Source: Schmidtea polychroa (taxonomy: Eukaryota). Taken from it: DNA of 64,000 bases. Within the stretch, counting starts at the first letter, position 1. Every line of letters starts with the position of its first letter. The translations under genes and the position numbers were made by a program. The stretch lies in assembly GCA_044892525.1 (NCBI GenBank), contig CM097885.1, positions 31,312,001 through 31,376,000 on the forward strand. The letters run 5' to 3'. Below, in pieces: positions 20,281 through 34,102 of the stretch. The notes under the pieces are model-generated. The model was not told the DNA's origin and did not search any database. It was given only the letters and a program-made list of their open reading frames with translations.

Positions 20281-20887
20281 GATATACATAATATAATAAA
20301 GATAAAAAGAGCTGTTAAGGTTATGAGTTAATATAATAATGATACTCAAATATTTCCATATCAGTCATCAATTAGCAAGGTCATATTGTCCCGGTTATAT
20401 AATTATTTTATTATAAATTATTATTACATCACATTCCAGTCACATTGGTTGAAAAATGGTTACTTAAAAGAGAAAATTACTGACTAAAATCTTTTATTAT
20501 TGATTAATATTATTTCATAAAATTCAAAAGATTTTTAAAAATAAAACAAACTATTTAAATGAATGGAAACAACAATATGTAATTAATTTAATTAGATTAT
20601 TTTTGAGAAAAATATTTTTGATTGAATTTTATAACAGAAAACTTGAGAAATTATAAAAGTGAAACTGAATGAATTTTCGATTCCAATCAATATCTTAAGA
20701 AGTAATTAATTATAATTATAATTAATGTACAGCATGTTAAGTGGTAGAGAATTTTAAATCAAATAAAATTAATATTTTAAAAGATTAAAACAAAATTATT
20801 TAACAGATTGTTTTCTTAAATTTTGAAATTGTTACCGTTATTGATCCATTTAAATAAAATAATTATTAGTAATATTGAAATATGGGT

Positions 20888-21900
20888 ATTAGGGGATGCA
20901 ATACCGGATCCCTTTGCAGATACCGGTATTGTTTAGAGTTCTTGTAGTTTTTCAAACACTCCATAAAATTAATTTTTATTTTCATGACAATAAGTGTTTT
21001 CCGGAAAGGATGTTTCAATTTAACAAAATTATACAGCATACCCGCCAAACTATTCCATCTGGTACTACAATTTAAAACTAGATTAATTTCCCGCATAAAT
21101 CTTGTCGTACATATTTTTGAAGTGGCTTTCTGAAAATTTTAACTATTTTTCTCCCTTTAGTGATCAAAACATTGAAAATAAATTCATTTTCTGACTGCCT
21201 TTAATAATGAACCGAAAAATATTCGTCTTAATCTCTACCATCCTTATCGAAATCATCAGATTCTTTCTTGACCATTTCCAGAAAGCGTTGAGAAATTTTC
21301 TGTTTTCTATTAAAGAAGTTTAAGACATCCAAAAGAATGTTTGGAACAAGGCATTTTGTTGGTAGATCGTTGGATCATGTTCAACAGCGTTCACCACGCT
21401 GGTTCCGTCGGTAGTTAAGCAAACAAAGTAAAGTCAAATAATTTATCTTCAAATAACCTTAAACATACTTTGACCGTCATGCTACCAACCGCTCTCATTA
21501 AATCAAGATTTTCAAACTTATTGATGAATGTGAAGGATTTAGAACTGTAATAATTATGAATATTTAAGTTCATAAAACATATGTTCCTGAACTCGTTTAT
21601 TTATCTAACGTCAATGAAAACTTGACACCTGTTTTCAGTTCACGAAGTGTATTTATTCACTATCTTTTATGTTATTATTGTGGTCAACCACAATGTCCTT
21701 AACTGAATGCGACGAGTTAGGAAACTTATACCCATATTGATGTATCATTCGCCTTAGATCATTAGACGCGATGAAGACACAGAATAGAATCCCGTCTAAA
21801 AATATTAAGTGAGAAATGGTTTCGTATAAATTATTTGGACTTGAAAATACTCTGTTATTTTAGTTTTCTTCTGAAGCACTTTATCCTCAATTTTAATTAT
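20888..21900 (-). pseudogene. Degraded hAT transposase remnant related to the 41178-44067 family
   Basis: Minus-strand fragments KKTKITEYF, LDGILFCVF..NDLRR, KFSLTLD, VCLTTDGTSVV, CSTRWNSL; TIR-like TAGGGGATGCAATACCGG at ~20890. Confidence 0.7.
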
Positions 21901-22103
21901 AAACCCAGTAGATCGATCGATGAAGATGGTAGTATAGGTCAAAGAAGTCGATGCTTCCGAAGAATTTGAACCAGTATATGTTACAAAATAATAGAATGTG
22001 CTGTTCTTAAGTGAGTATGTAGCGCTGGCATTGAACCTCACATCGTTTTAATTATTTTGTTACAACGTTTGTATTTGGTTGATTGAATGCCAGCACCCCT
22101 TAA

Positions 22104-22335
22104 CCCTTTCGCCCCTATTGGGACAATACGTCCCAGAAACTTTCATCATGATCCTACTGGGATATTTTCAAAGCAATTTGCGGTGTTAAAGTTTATTATT
22201 ATCCCAGGACTTTCTAGGATATTCAGAAGCGCCACGATTACAAAAATGAGAATATTTCATATTTAGGTCAATATTAACAAGTTCCAATATATAAATTTAG
22301 CATAGTGTCATTAGCAGAAAGTCGGTGCGAAAGGG
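22104..22335. mobile_element. piggyBac-type MITE
   Basis: TTAA|CCCTTTCGC...GCGAAAGGG|TTAA. Confidence 0.85.
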
Positions 22336-24933
22336 TTAAGTAATAATACCAAACGAGTGATTTTGTGTGCGACAATTTGTTATATTCTTCATATTCGATT
22401 TTTTTTCTGTTCTCCTGGAAAAAATGTAAACAAAATAATTTAAAAAGGGTATTAATATGTCAATTAATAGAAATTAATTTTACAATACATGTAGTTATTG
22501 TAAATTACACCTGCTTAAATGTAAAAACAATATTTTTAATGGAAGTAAAATAAATATATAAGATAAGTAATTAATAGTTTACATGTATTGCTTCTATTTT
22601 TTATTATAAAAACTTCTTTCAATTTTCACCTCTGATTTTTTTTCAATTGATATTGTATTTATTAACAAATTGACTATGAATCAGTAAATATATCGATGCT
22701 TTTTTATATTCACGAATTTTCGGCACTCCCTTTTTCAAGTGATTTTTTAAAATTTAAATTCCGATTTTGACACGAGTTAAGTTTTTATAAAATAATTAAT
22801 TTACAAAAATAAATGATGACATAAAACAGATTTAACCTACCACTCCAGATAGATGAATTTTTCACTTATATGATTTTAATGTTATAAATAAAAACCCACT
22901 AAAGTGCAGGTCTGACTGTAGTGGTTATGGTTTAGGACACTGCATCAAAACACTTTACATTTTCTTTAGTGGTGGTTGGTATCATTAAATTGACTCACCA
23001 ATTTAATATATTTCATCTTTCTAGAAATTAATTTTAGTCAATTTTGAAATAGCATTCAGGTAAGATGTTTAATTTCAAGTATATATGAGATCATTATATA
23101 TGAGATCATATATATGAGATCATTATTCAAGTTCTTAAATATTACTTTTATTTAATTATTTATTTTTAATTAGTTTTCAGGTTTTTTAAGAATTTTATGA
23201 AATTTATTTTATAATTATTTTGATATAATGTAGGTCAGATATATTTTTAAATTATAATTAAATAATTAAATCAATTGCCAAAAATGTTTTTTTCTAAAAT
23301 ATTTCTAAAACAAATATCATAAGTTCTATTAAATATTAAACTTAATTTTAACTCAAAAATAATTCTTACAATTATATTTCGTCTTTTATATTTCGTTTCT
23401 ATAAAAATACATTTAAAAACATTTTCATCGATCATATGTTTCTAAAAAATGTCTAAAATAAAGTTATTATAGAAATGTATTTCAGCGGCGTATTTCTATA
23501 TATCGAAAGTCTGCATTTGTGTTTGTGTTTGTGTGCAGTATTTAATTTTTCTACCACTTTTAGATTTCTATAGTGTAAGGTGTATCTCATTGCACTATCA
23601 ATGAGACATCAGCGTGAAATCGAAGTAAGTATGCACTAATGCAAGATTATTGATTTTTCCTTATATTATAGGAAACGTATTTCAGTGGTTTTTGGTGTAG
23701 AATTACAGCTGGCTCTTATTTTGGGCATCACCCCAAAATTACTTGTGACATAGTCAATCTTATAGATCTGCACTTTGGTGGGTTATGTATAAATAATTAT
23801 TAAGTTTAGCTATAAAACGTGTCTTCATAATAACTAAATTGTATTCAAAAAGAATAACGAAAGGTAAATAAGTCCGTTAAAAACAGTGTTATCACCAGTC
23901 TCTGACTTGTTTGTTCAATTTTTAAACTGTATATAATGCAACTTATCAAATTTATTAGCTCATGAAAGCATTGAACTTTATTGAACTTTCAAACTGGTAT
24001 CCAAATAATTTTGAGATTTGGTCTCCTGATGTGCATTCCCCAATGGATATTGAAATTATATTTTTAATGAAAAGACAAAAGAAAGTCAGAACAATTTATT
24101 TTTCTAATTTTGGGAAACTAGGTCTTAATGAAAATTGATGTATTACAAGATAAAAACTCAAAAAATCAGCCAATAAATGTGAAAAAACAGCCGACATTTT
24201 TCAGCCTAATCTGGGTGAAAATTATATTTTTTACACTTTAAGACAAATGTACTTAATTTTAATAAACACGATTATAAATTACCGGTTCGACGTGTTTAGC
24301 GTACCATTTCTTTCTGAATTCCATATTACAGCTTTCAAAATACGAATCTGCAATAAATTGAGCGAATAAATATCTAATAATTACAAATATAAATAATTGT
24401 TTTTCCAAAAATTCCAATGAATTTGTTAGACTTTCTGTTATGATTTAGACATGCAAATCTGATCATTTAATAGTTTAATTTTCCATTTCTTTGGACAATA
24501 TTGTGTTATAGAATGTTATTTTAATCTCGCGCTTTTAAGTGTTAAAAAGGTTGTTCATTTTGTGAACCAGTTCCATCTTTGATCCATTTCCTTATACAAT
24601 TGTCTCACAAATGTCTAACATTGTAAAAACTTGTATTTTTTAATTTCTTTTGCAGTAGTATATAATGAGGACTCTAGCGCACTTTCAAGGTCATGGAATA
24701 TCAAGATTAAATATAGACCAATCCAATCATTTTTTTTATTTAATTTAATTACTTCCTTTTTTTTAATTTATTACTTTTTATTATATTTTTATTATTATTT
24801 GATTTTAATTAATACTTTTGTTAATTTTAAATTTATTACATTTATTAATTAATTATTTTATTATTATTTATTTTAATTTAATTACTTCTATTTAGTTATC
24901 TTATTATAATTTATTAATTAATTATTTTTATTA

Positions 24934-25667
24934 CTCCCTCTGTCCGGTAATATGGTATACATTTCAACAAAAATCGTAGATTATCGTGAATATAAAAATA
25001 AATAGGCAACTGTCATGACATTGTCATAGTAAATATTCATGACAATATAACCTAAAATATTTGACTTAAGTAATATCATTCTTAGTTAAAAACTTACCGC
25101 TCAAACATCAGTGTTTCTTGAGGTAGATAAAATTAGTACCGCTGCAAGACGAATATGGAAAATGTGGAAGGAAATTTGTTAAATTTAGAAAGAAGAGATT
25201 CAAAATATAAACAGTTAACTAATTTCAACTCCATACAATCGCTGCAACATGAAGCTTCGCCACACACAATTGACGAATTAATAAATTGTGTTCAAGATGC
25301 ATTTCATCAATTAGAAGCGAATACTCTCGATAACGTTTTTACAACATTGCAAGCATGTATGGAGTCAATTATGTTAGCAGATGGAGGAAATGGCTATAAA
25401 ATATCTCATTTAAGTAAAGGAAAACTTCGTCGCGAAGGTCGACTGCTAGAAAAATATGTATGTTCTAAAGAAGCATACAATAAAGCCAAATCAAATTTCG
25501 AGTGAACTTATTAATATTAATATTTATTTTTTTAAATTTTATTTAATATTTACATTAATATTTATTAAAATGTTTCAAATAAAGGTAATATAATAAACTT
25601 GTCATGTACATTTTTTGATTTATTTTATTTTTTCGCAAATGTATACCATATTTCCGGACGGAGGGAG
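24934..25667 (+). mobile_element. Internally deleted mariner (plant-like DD39D/Stowaway-type ends) inserted in the left TIR of Polinton 2
   Basis: TA|CTCCCTCTGTCCGG...CCGGACGGAGGGAG|TA; ORF 25155-25505 keeps the transposase C-terminus SIQSLQ..TIDELI..TLQACM..GGNGYKISH; the empty site is visible in the opposite TIR (~27680-27715). Confidence 0.88.
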
Positions 25668-25794
25668 TATATTTTTATTTTCTTCAGTTTTTTTTTAATT
25701 ATAATTAATATTATTATATTTATTAATAATTTATTATTATTATTATTACTTTTTTCCCTTTTTTTATAATTATTATTTTATTTAATTTAATTTA

Positions 25795-25846
<52 letters not shown>

Positions 25847-26192
25847 TTTTTTTTTATTTATTTATTTATTTATTTATTTTTTACATTTACCTTTAATTTA
25901 TTCTACCAAGAACAAAATTTATAACAAGAATATTGCAATTTGAATAAAATTTTAATTAGAAATTATTTAATTTATTATAAAATAAAACGCTGAGTTAATT
26001 TTAGATAAACCGGATATTAATTTTTCGGAAAAAAAAAATAAATAAAATAATCACGAAAATAATATATTTATTACTTGAAAATAATTATATAAATTAATTG
26101 GACAAATGAATAATTAAATGATAAAACACATTTTAATTAACTAAGTCAAATAATTCACAATACATATTTTATTATTCACATAAATTTAATTG

Positions 26193-27163
26193 TTAAAGTG
26201 CTTGTTTCGATTTGCATTCATTTCTAGACATAGCAGTTGCAATATGCATTTGACAAATCTTATAATGACCGTAGGCATAACTTTCATTACAATTGTACCA
26301 ATACCTTTTATCGTCCAAACATTGGAGAGCTCGTTTTTCTGTCATGAAAGTATACAACTGATGATTGACACTTCCTATTCTTTTTTGTGGGATGCTCACT
26401 GCTCCACCATCAGTATAGACTTTTTTATAGGCTTCATGTTTAAGATTAGAATTTGTAGGTCTTTTCCTTTGGCTTTTAGAGTGTTTTTATCACCTTGGAG
26501 TGAGTAGCACTTGGGTCGAAGAAACACCCATTCTTTATATTGATTTCCTTTATTCTCATCCTTGACTTTCCCGATTACCGAACAAATTTTATCTGAGAAC
26601 AATGGATAGGCCACTGGATAATTTGAAGTATCTAGGAGCCCATCGGCAATCATTTTTGGATACAGTTGTAAGTGTAAATCAACATTTTTACACTCTAAAA
26701 AGAAGGAATCTGTGTCACCGGCTACGATATTAATTTGACAATTGAATTCTTCTCTATAACTCTGTAGTTCCTTATATCGAAACTGGTACATGCGAAGTTT
26801 AGATAAATCAAGTACGGTTTGTCCAATATACATTGGTCTATCTAAAAACACCATTTCCTTATCAAGTATAACAGTAATGAGATCATCAGCAATCTTGATG
26901 CTACGACAAAACATAGGAATACTACAATAAGTTTTCAATCTTTTGCTTTTGCTGCATAATCTCAAGTTTATACGTTTCTTAAGGTTTTTCACGGTTTTAC
27001 CGTATAAACTGTTGTTCTTTAACTTATAATAATCTCGCTGAAATGAATCTGTACTAGCTGCTCTCATTTGAGTATTGTAATCAATATAGTCTTTGAAAAT
27101 AGCTATTTGCTTGAATTCTACAGCGTGATTAACTTTGTGACTTTTGCGCCATAACTCAATCAT
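26193..27163 (-). pseudogene. C-terminal fragment of protein-primed PolB (Polinton 2), 5'-truncated and frameshifted near 26460
   Basis: KLKNNSLYGK, YIGQTVLDLSK, AGDTDS, LDTSNY, GKVKDE, LRPKCYS, DDKRY; clearly homologous to, but distinct from, the pPolB at 5581-6675. Confidence 0.92.
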
Positions 27164-27567
27164 TCAGTCAAAACTCTACTATTAATAACATTAATTATTA
27201 ACATCTAGGTATGAAATGCATATTGTAACTGCTATGTCTAGAAATGAATGCAAATTGAAACCAGCACTTTAACAATTAAATTTATGTGAATAATAAAATA
27301 TATATTATGAATTATTTGACTTAGTTAATTAAAATGTGTTTTATCATTTAATTATTCATTTGTCCAATTAATTTATATAATTATTTTCAAGTAATAAATA
27401 TATTATTTTCGTGTTTATTTTATTTATTTATTTATTTTTTTATTTTATCTAAAATTAGCTCAGCGTTTTATTTTATAATAAATTAAATAATTTCTAATTA
27501 AAATTTTATTCAAATTGCAATATTCCTGTTATAATTTTTGTTCTTGGTAGAATAAATTAAAGGTAAA

Positions 27568-27610
<43 letters not shown>

Positions 27611-30600
27611 TAAGAAATTATTAATAAATATAATAATATTAATTATAATTAAAAATTTATTAAGATTTTAACCGAAGAAAATAAAAATATAATAAAAATA
27701 ATTAATTAATAAATTATAATAAAATAACTAAATAGAAGTAATTAAATTAAAATAAATAATTAATAAATTAATTAATTAATAAATGTAATAAATTTAAAAT
27801 TACCAAAAGTATTAATTAAAATCAAATAATAATAAAAATATAATAAAAAGTAATAAATTAAATAGAAGGAAGTAATAAAATTAAATTAAAAAAAATGATT
27901 GGATTAGTCTATATTTAATCTTGATATTCCATGACCTTGAAAGTGCGCTGGAGTCCTCATTATATACTACTTTTTGCTTATACTGTTCTTTAGTTTTCTT
28001 TTAATATGAGTAAAATCCTATTACATATGCAACATTTTGAATGTAAAAATTACGCGTGTTGATAGAGAAATCAAAGTGTAAATGTATTCACTTTTGCCTT
28101 TGAGAAAATTTAATATTTTTTTATTTAAATTTTATGGAATATCGGAGCAGGTAACAAAGTAAATAAGTGGAATCATTGTTTTGAATTCATTAGAAATTAA
28201 ATTTAAACCCAAATGATATTTTAAGTAAAATTACACTCTAAAAATGTAATTAATGCAATACCAATACTTAATATGAAATTTTGAAAGTCAAAATGAAACG
28301 GACTAAAAGTATATTATTCTTAAACATAAATGTACACTCTTTAAATCAGAGGTTCTTAAAACGGGGAGCACGAGAATTTCACTGTGGGGACTCGCATTAT
28401 ATAAAATGTATAAAATTATGTGTAAAAATAATACGTTATTTGACAATAATATAACTACTTCATAAATTTAATTGACTCTTAATATATGATGAAAGCCAAA
28501 AGATCGAAACTAGTCTACTATTGGGATTTGCACTGGGTATCACGAAGCTTGTAATGTTTATAATATCACCGTTGTGTTTTATTGTTATATTTGTAGACTA
28601 AATCATTAAATGAATGTAAGTAAATTCAAGTGTATTATATTTCATGCTTAAAATAATTAATTAAATAATAATTAATCTAAATAATTATTTATTCAATTAT
28701 TACATAAAACCGTCTTATCTTATCAAAAGATTTGCCAGTCTATTTTTAAATTAAAATTATAAAAAAGCCTTAGTAATTATAAAATAAAGTTAAACCTAAA
28801 TGTTCAAAAAATTTACTTAATACAAATTTGTCATTAAATTTTACTATAAAAACTAATATGAAAAAATAGCTTTATTCTGTAACACATGAAATTTTATTTT
28901 TTTAAATTCATTATTTTTACAATTCAAAATTTGCTTTTTTGATTAATATTTTTTAATAACAATAATAAATAATTTTTATTTTATATTATTATTTCTGAAT
29001 CTTTTGGAAGTCACGGAGCACTTTTGATTATAGAAAATATTTTCGGAACTCCAAAATCATTAATGTCATAAAACTAACAATAAAATACGCATAAATATTT
29101 TTAACTAAATAAAGAAAGATGGAAAAAATAAATAAAATTACAAAAAATATTTAAAGCTGAATATTGCAAGGAAAATTTAATTTTCTATTAAAAATCTTTT
29201 GTTAAACATGGAAAAATCGAAGGAAAGATGTACGATGATAAGTCAAAAACTATTTGTGAAAAAAACGATATAAAAATTTGAAACTATTATTTCTAGTTAT
29301 ATCATTCATTTAGCTCTATAAATATCTAAATGCGGAGAAATCATCCATCTAACCCTTCCTTGTACAATTTCCAACTATTCAATTTATACAACATTAATCA
29401 AGTGATATTCACAATTCCTTATTGCCTCTTTTAAATGCTCTTTGACATATGACAACATAAAGAAATAGGAATTAGGAAGATATGAATTATAAAGTGAGTA
29501 GTATAAGATACGTACTAAAACCATTGTAACTTATAAAGAAAAAAGTTGGCCCTTTCTCAACAATAAAATCTTTAATATGCATATGAAAGTCTTCAGAATT
29601 TAACAAGCCTAGTTGATCTTTCAAAGGTCACAATTTGGACTGAATTGGATCGTATTGGTAAATCCGTGACACGTTCCGTTAAAAAATTTAAAAATTTTTT
29701 TTTAACTGTATATATTCGTAAAATAAAAGTGTGTCCCACACGCTCCGAGCGAGTTAATTCGTGTTATGTTTTCATATTGGTTCCTGTGGGATATTTGGGA
29801 TATTTGGCTTGAGAGCCATCTTTCTGGTCGATTAAAATTTCAATCTAAAACCTTGTAAGACTCTAAAATTTGTCAAAAATTCTCTCTGAAATTAAAATTT
29901 TAGCAGCTGCAATGATCGCCTACATTTTTAAGCGATTCCTCTTACAAATAAATTAATTTATATATAAACTAGAGTCAATTATATCTGACAAACGAAAGGA
30001 GAAATCTTAAAACTAATCCAATTTTCACCAAAATCCCCGGTTAGATTGAGTTGAATAATTAAATATATCTAATTAGCCTAAATGGATATATTTATTATAA
30101 ATATATTATTTATCCAATATAATTTATTTATATCGAAATGTGAAAAATAGGACTTTAGTGAACTTGTATTTCTGAAAAACAGATTGACAAAACGTATATG
30201 TTAATAATTGAGTCAATTTAAAAATAAAAATATTAATCTCATGAATTTATGATTACATATAATAAACATATAATTAGTCAGAAAACGCATCCTTTAGTAG
30301 CGCACTCATGATTTATATTTTGTAGAGGACGGGAGTAGAATTGGACGATAAAATCTATTTTTAATGCAAATTCAATAAAATTTATTAGGCAATTAAAACA
30401 AATTATTTACAAAGTAAAATTCAATTTATAGAGCCTTATTTTTATAAATAGTTTTCAAACTTTTTATTGTACAAATTAAATTTATTTTTAAAGTTACGGG
30501 ATTTGTAGAAGAAAAATCGCAGTCCATAAACTTCACACAAATAAATAAAATCTTATATTTTACTTCTTTTGAAATATCTTTTCTTTATTGAAGTTCTATG

Positions 30601-31467
30601 TATACATGAAACATAAATTTTAATTTTGTTTTAGGAAACATTTCTTTTTGTATTTATTTTTTTTGTGAAAGAGGCAAACTCTGCACTCTGAGTGCGCTAT
30701 TGTAATTTTTAACAAGCTCAATAATGTTGCAAGTTCGTGTAAAAGAAAAAGATATTATAATTAACCTTTATATTCAATAATTTTCATATTAATATTTGTG
30801 AAAATAAAGATAAAAACAATATATAAGGTACACGATATTTCGGCACAGCCTTTATCAAGTGTATATTTATATTCATAATTATATTTTTAAATGTATATCA
30901 TAATTCCAAAACTATTGCATAACGCTGATAGTGGGTAGATGTGAGTCCAGTATAAGAATATGAAGTAATGAGCAAATATACATCCATTTCATTTTATTAA
31001 TACGCCGTCTAAATAAAGGAATCAATCATTCCAAACTGAGAATGTCTTTCACACCCTTATTGAGCATTAATAGCTTTTATAAATTGTCAGTGGTTAAAGA
31101 TCTTGTTTTGACGATAAAATGTGACCATATCTACTGAGATTTTATCCCCATCGACAGAATGAACTGAGATTGCCAAAAGGATCTTTGTTGCAGATGCCAG
31201 GAGAGGAAATCGATGTGTCATTGCTTCCCAGAAAGGTAGCAAGGAAATTACTTGGATATTATTAGGTAGAGAATGTTTAATGTAGGCTGATCAGTCATCT
31301 TTGCATACGAGCAGTTCATGGAATATATATCAGAAATATATTGCTCAGTAGATATAGGTAGAACAAGTACTAGCCAAGGATCAAGAACACGTAGTTTTAT
31401 AAACGTTAACAAATGCTTATTTACCACCATCGACATATAAAGACAGTTTATTTATCGATGCCTATGG

Positions 31468-32392
31468 CATTGTTTCCCACGGTGGGGCGCTGTGCTTCAG
31501 AGGTGAGATACGTCAGCAATTATCAACTATTCGACATATATTTTTTAATATAATATGCTCATTCACGACTAAATATAACAACGTACAAACAGCAATTTTA
31601 TCAACCATTATTTTTGCATACTGGCAATAGTGATTATCGAAGTTTCATTGCTACTTCAAAACATATGATTTTTGAAAATACTACGGTAGGGCATGGTACA
31701 ACCGTTTGCAGTGAAAAAACGCATCTATAATACAGGTTGGTGTGCACAACCAATTAAAGATGCGTCACTACAGTAAATTTCAAGACTTGAATTTTGATCC
31801 GTATAGATATGAGATCATTATTCAAGCTCTTAAATATTACTTTTTATTAACATTTTTATTATAAATTATAATTAAATTTCAGGGTTTTTTAGGATTTTTA
31901 TGAATTTATTTGGAATTATTTCGATATAATGAAGTCAGATATATTTTTAACTATAAATAAATAAAGTAATTAGTCAAATTTTGTCATGTTCTATTAAAAA
32001 AACTAATATTAAATTTATTAAAAATTGAAGATAAATCTTACGAAATAATGTCTTTATATATAAAACTTAAAGTTGAGTTTCGAGAATTTTCGTCAAAATT
32101 TTTTAAGTAATTTATTGCAATGATTTATTATAGTGCGTTTATTCATTACAACGATTATACATATCGAAAATTTGCATGCATTTTTTAATGTGTTGTATTT
32201 ACGTGTGTCAGTTTATTTTTTCTACCACTTGCTCACTTTCTATATTAAATGCGTTTATTCATTGCAACGCTAAAAATCAACACACAAGTAAGTTTGTATG
32301 TTTATATAATATACACGTATTGATTTTCTTTTTACATTATAGATGCGGTTGTTCACTGCAAACGGGTGTTTAAAGATTGTCGGGAAACACTG
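31468..32392. mobile_element. hAT-type MITE interrupted by a Tc1-like element
   Basis: CATTGTTTCCC...GGGAAACACTG ends; shares internal sequence with the uninterrupted copy at 33912-34102. Confidence 0.65.
31699..32368. mobile_element. Non-autonomous Tc1/mariner-like element
   Basis: TIR CAACCGTTTGCAGTGAAAAAACGCATCTATAA / TTATAGATGCGGTTGTTCACTGCAAACGGGTG, following TA; same family as 58890-59924. Confidence 0.75.
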
Positions 32393-33911
32393 GTCTAGGG
32401 CTTGTTGTGTAGATATTAACTCGGTAGTCATAAACTCTGAATATAGCCATGTCATCAGATTGTTTGTTATATTGTAAACTTGAGAAAAATATGTTAACTG
32501 AATGCCAAGCAAGGATGAAATTAATTTACCACATAGGTTAACAATGTAAGTCATTGCCGATTGTTAATTACTTATATTACAAAGTAGTAGTTAATGAAAT
32601 TATATATGCATTTTCAGATTTTATTAGAATTATTCTATTAATATTCTGATAATTTAGAACATTTTAAATCTTAAGGAATTTTTTTTGTTCGACTTCATGA
32701 ACATGCCTCGTGAGTCAGTAGGTTGTATATTGTATTTATTAAAAAGCTTGACTATGAATCAGTAAATATATCAATGTTTTTGATATATTTACTGATTCAT
32801 AGTCAGGCTTTTTAATAAATACAATGTAAATTGAAAAGAATTCAGTGGTGAAATTTGAAAAAAAGTACTTATAATATATATATATATTATAAGTTTTCAA
32901 TTTAAAATTTAAAGTTTTTATCACAACTTTTACGTTCTTTGGTTTATAAATAAAAATAATGCAATTAAATATAGTTTATTCAGCCGAAACTATTCACAAC
33001 TACAAGAAATATTTAACTGCTTGGACTTGTTGAGGCGCAGCTGACAAAAATAATTGAACTATCCATATAATAATGAAAATTAATTTTAAGCCTTTTGTTT
33101 AAATTTACACCATTGAAGTCATAAAGTCAAACTGGTATTAAATTATACGTAATAATGCGAGATAAAAAAATTTTAATATTTTTTTAATTATTAATATTTA
33201 ATGTATTTCTATAATATTTTTCTATCGAATTAAATTTGACACCGCAAACAAAATACATAATATATGAATACAAATTTTTAGAAATTTATTCACAAAATAC
33301 TACTTAACTTGTTAAATAGAAAATTAAATTATGTCTTCAGAGATCAGATATTTTTATAAATTGATAAAATAACAAATATAATTAAGAGAAAATAAATATA
33401 ATTACCTTCTAGAGTTGTTATTTTAAAAACAAATTTATTTCCTGACATCATACAATAAATTTTTAACTAGTTATTGAATAGAGAGAACTTTTTCTTAAAT
33501 TAGATAATTATCTTTGATATCTATTGATGTAGTAAAACAAATGAAATAGTTAATTTAATTTGCTATTAAATGAAGTTTTATAAAAATTTTAATTAAAAAA
33601 ATCTTTATTCTTTTGTAAGAAATAATTTTTAATTTTAAATCCTAAAATGAGAACGATTAGAAATTTTTTAAAAATTGCTATTATTTTTCAATCCTCTCTC
33701 TAGAAATATCTATAACAAGCTGATAGTTGAATATGACTCTTAATCCGAAAATTAGAGTGATTCGAAAGTTTTGAATTACTGTTTGATGAAAATCATTTAT
33801 TTTATGGATGCTAAAACCAATTTAGTAAAACAATGCACGAAGAAAAATTAATTTGCAACTGAAAGTTATTAAAATATAAATAACTTAAATTAGTAATTTG
33901 AACCCTTAGAT

Positions 33912-34102
33912 CAGTGTTTACTATAGTGGGGTATCAGGCCTCAGAAGTGGATCACATCATCAATTATCAACTATTCCATATATTTGCATACTGACAATAC
34001 TGATTATCGAAGTTTAACAGCTACTTCAAAGGGATCGGTGAGGCATATCACTTTTGAAAATACAACGGTGTGGCATGGTATAAAGAAGGTCGGGAAACAC
34101 TG
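33912..34102. mobile_element. hAT-type MITE
   Basis: CAGTGTTT...AAACACTG ends; degenerate 8-bp flanks CCTTAGAT/CTCTAGAG. Confidence 0.6.

Larger units (their letters stand above)
24654..27971. mobile_element. Second Polinton (different family), internally deleted non-autonomous derivative, 3.3 kb
   Basis: Ends AGTAGTATATAATGAGGACTC...GAGTCCTCATTATATACTACT; 6-bp TSD TTTTGC at 24648-24653 and 27972-27977; inverted arms 24654-~26250 and ~27213-27971; pPolB 3' fragment inside. Confidence 0.93.
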
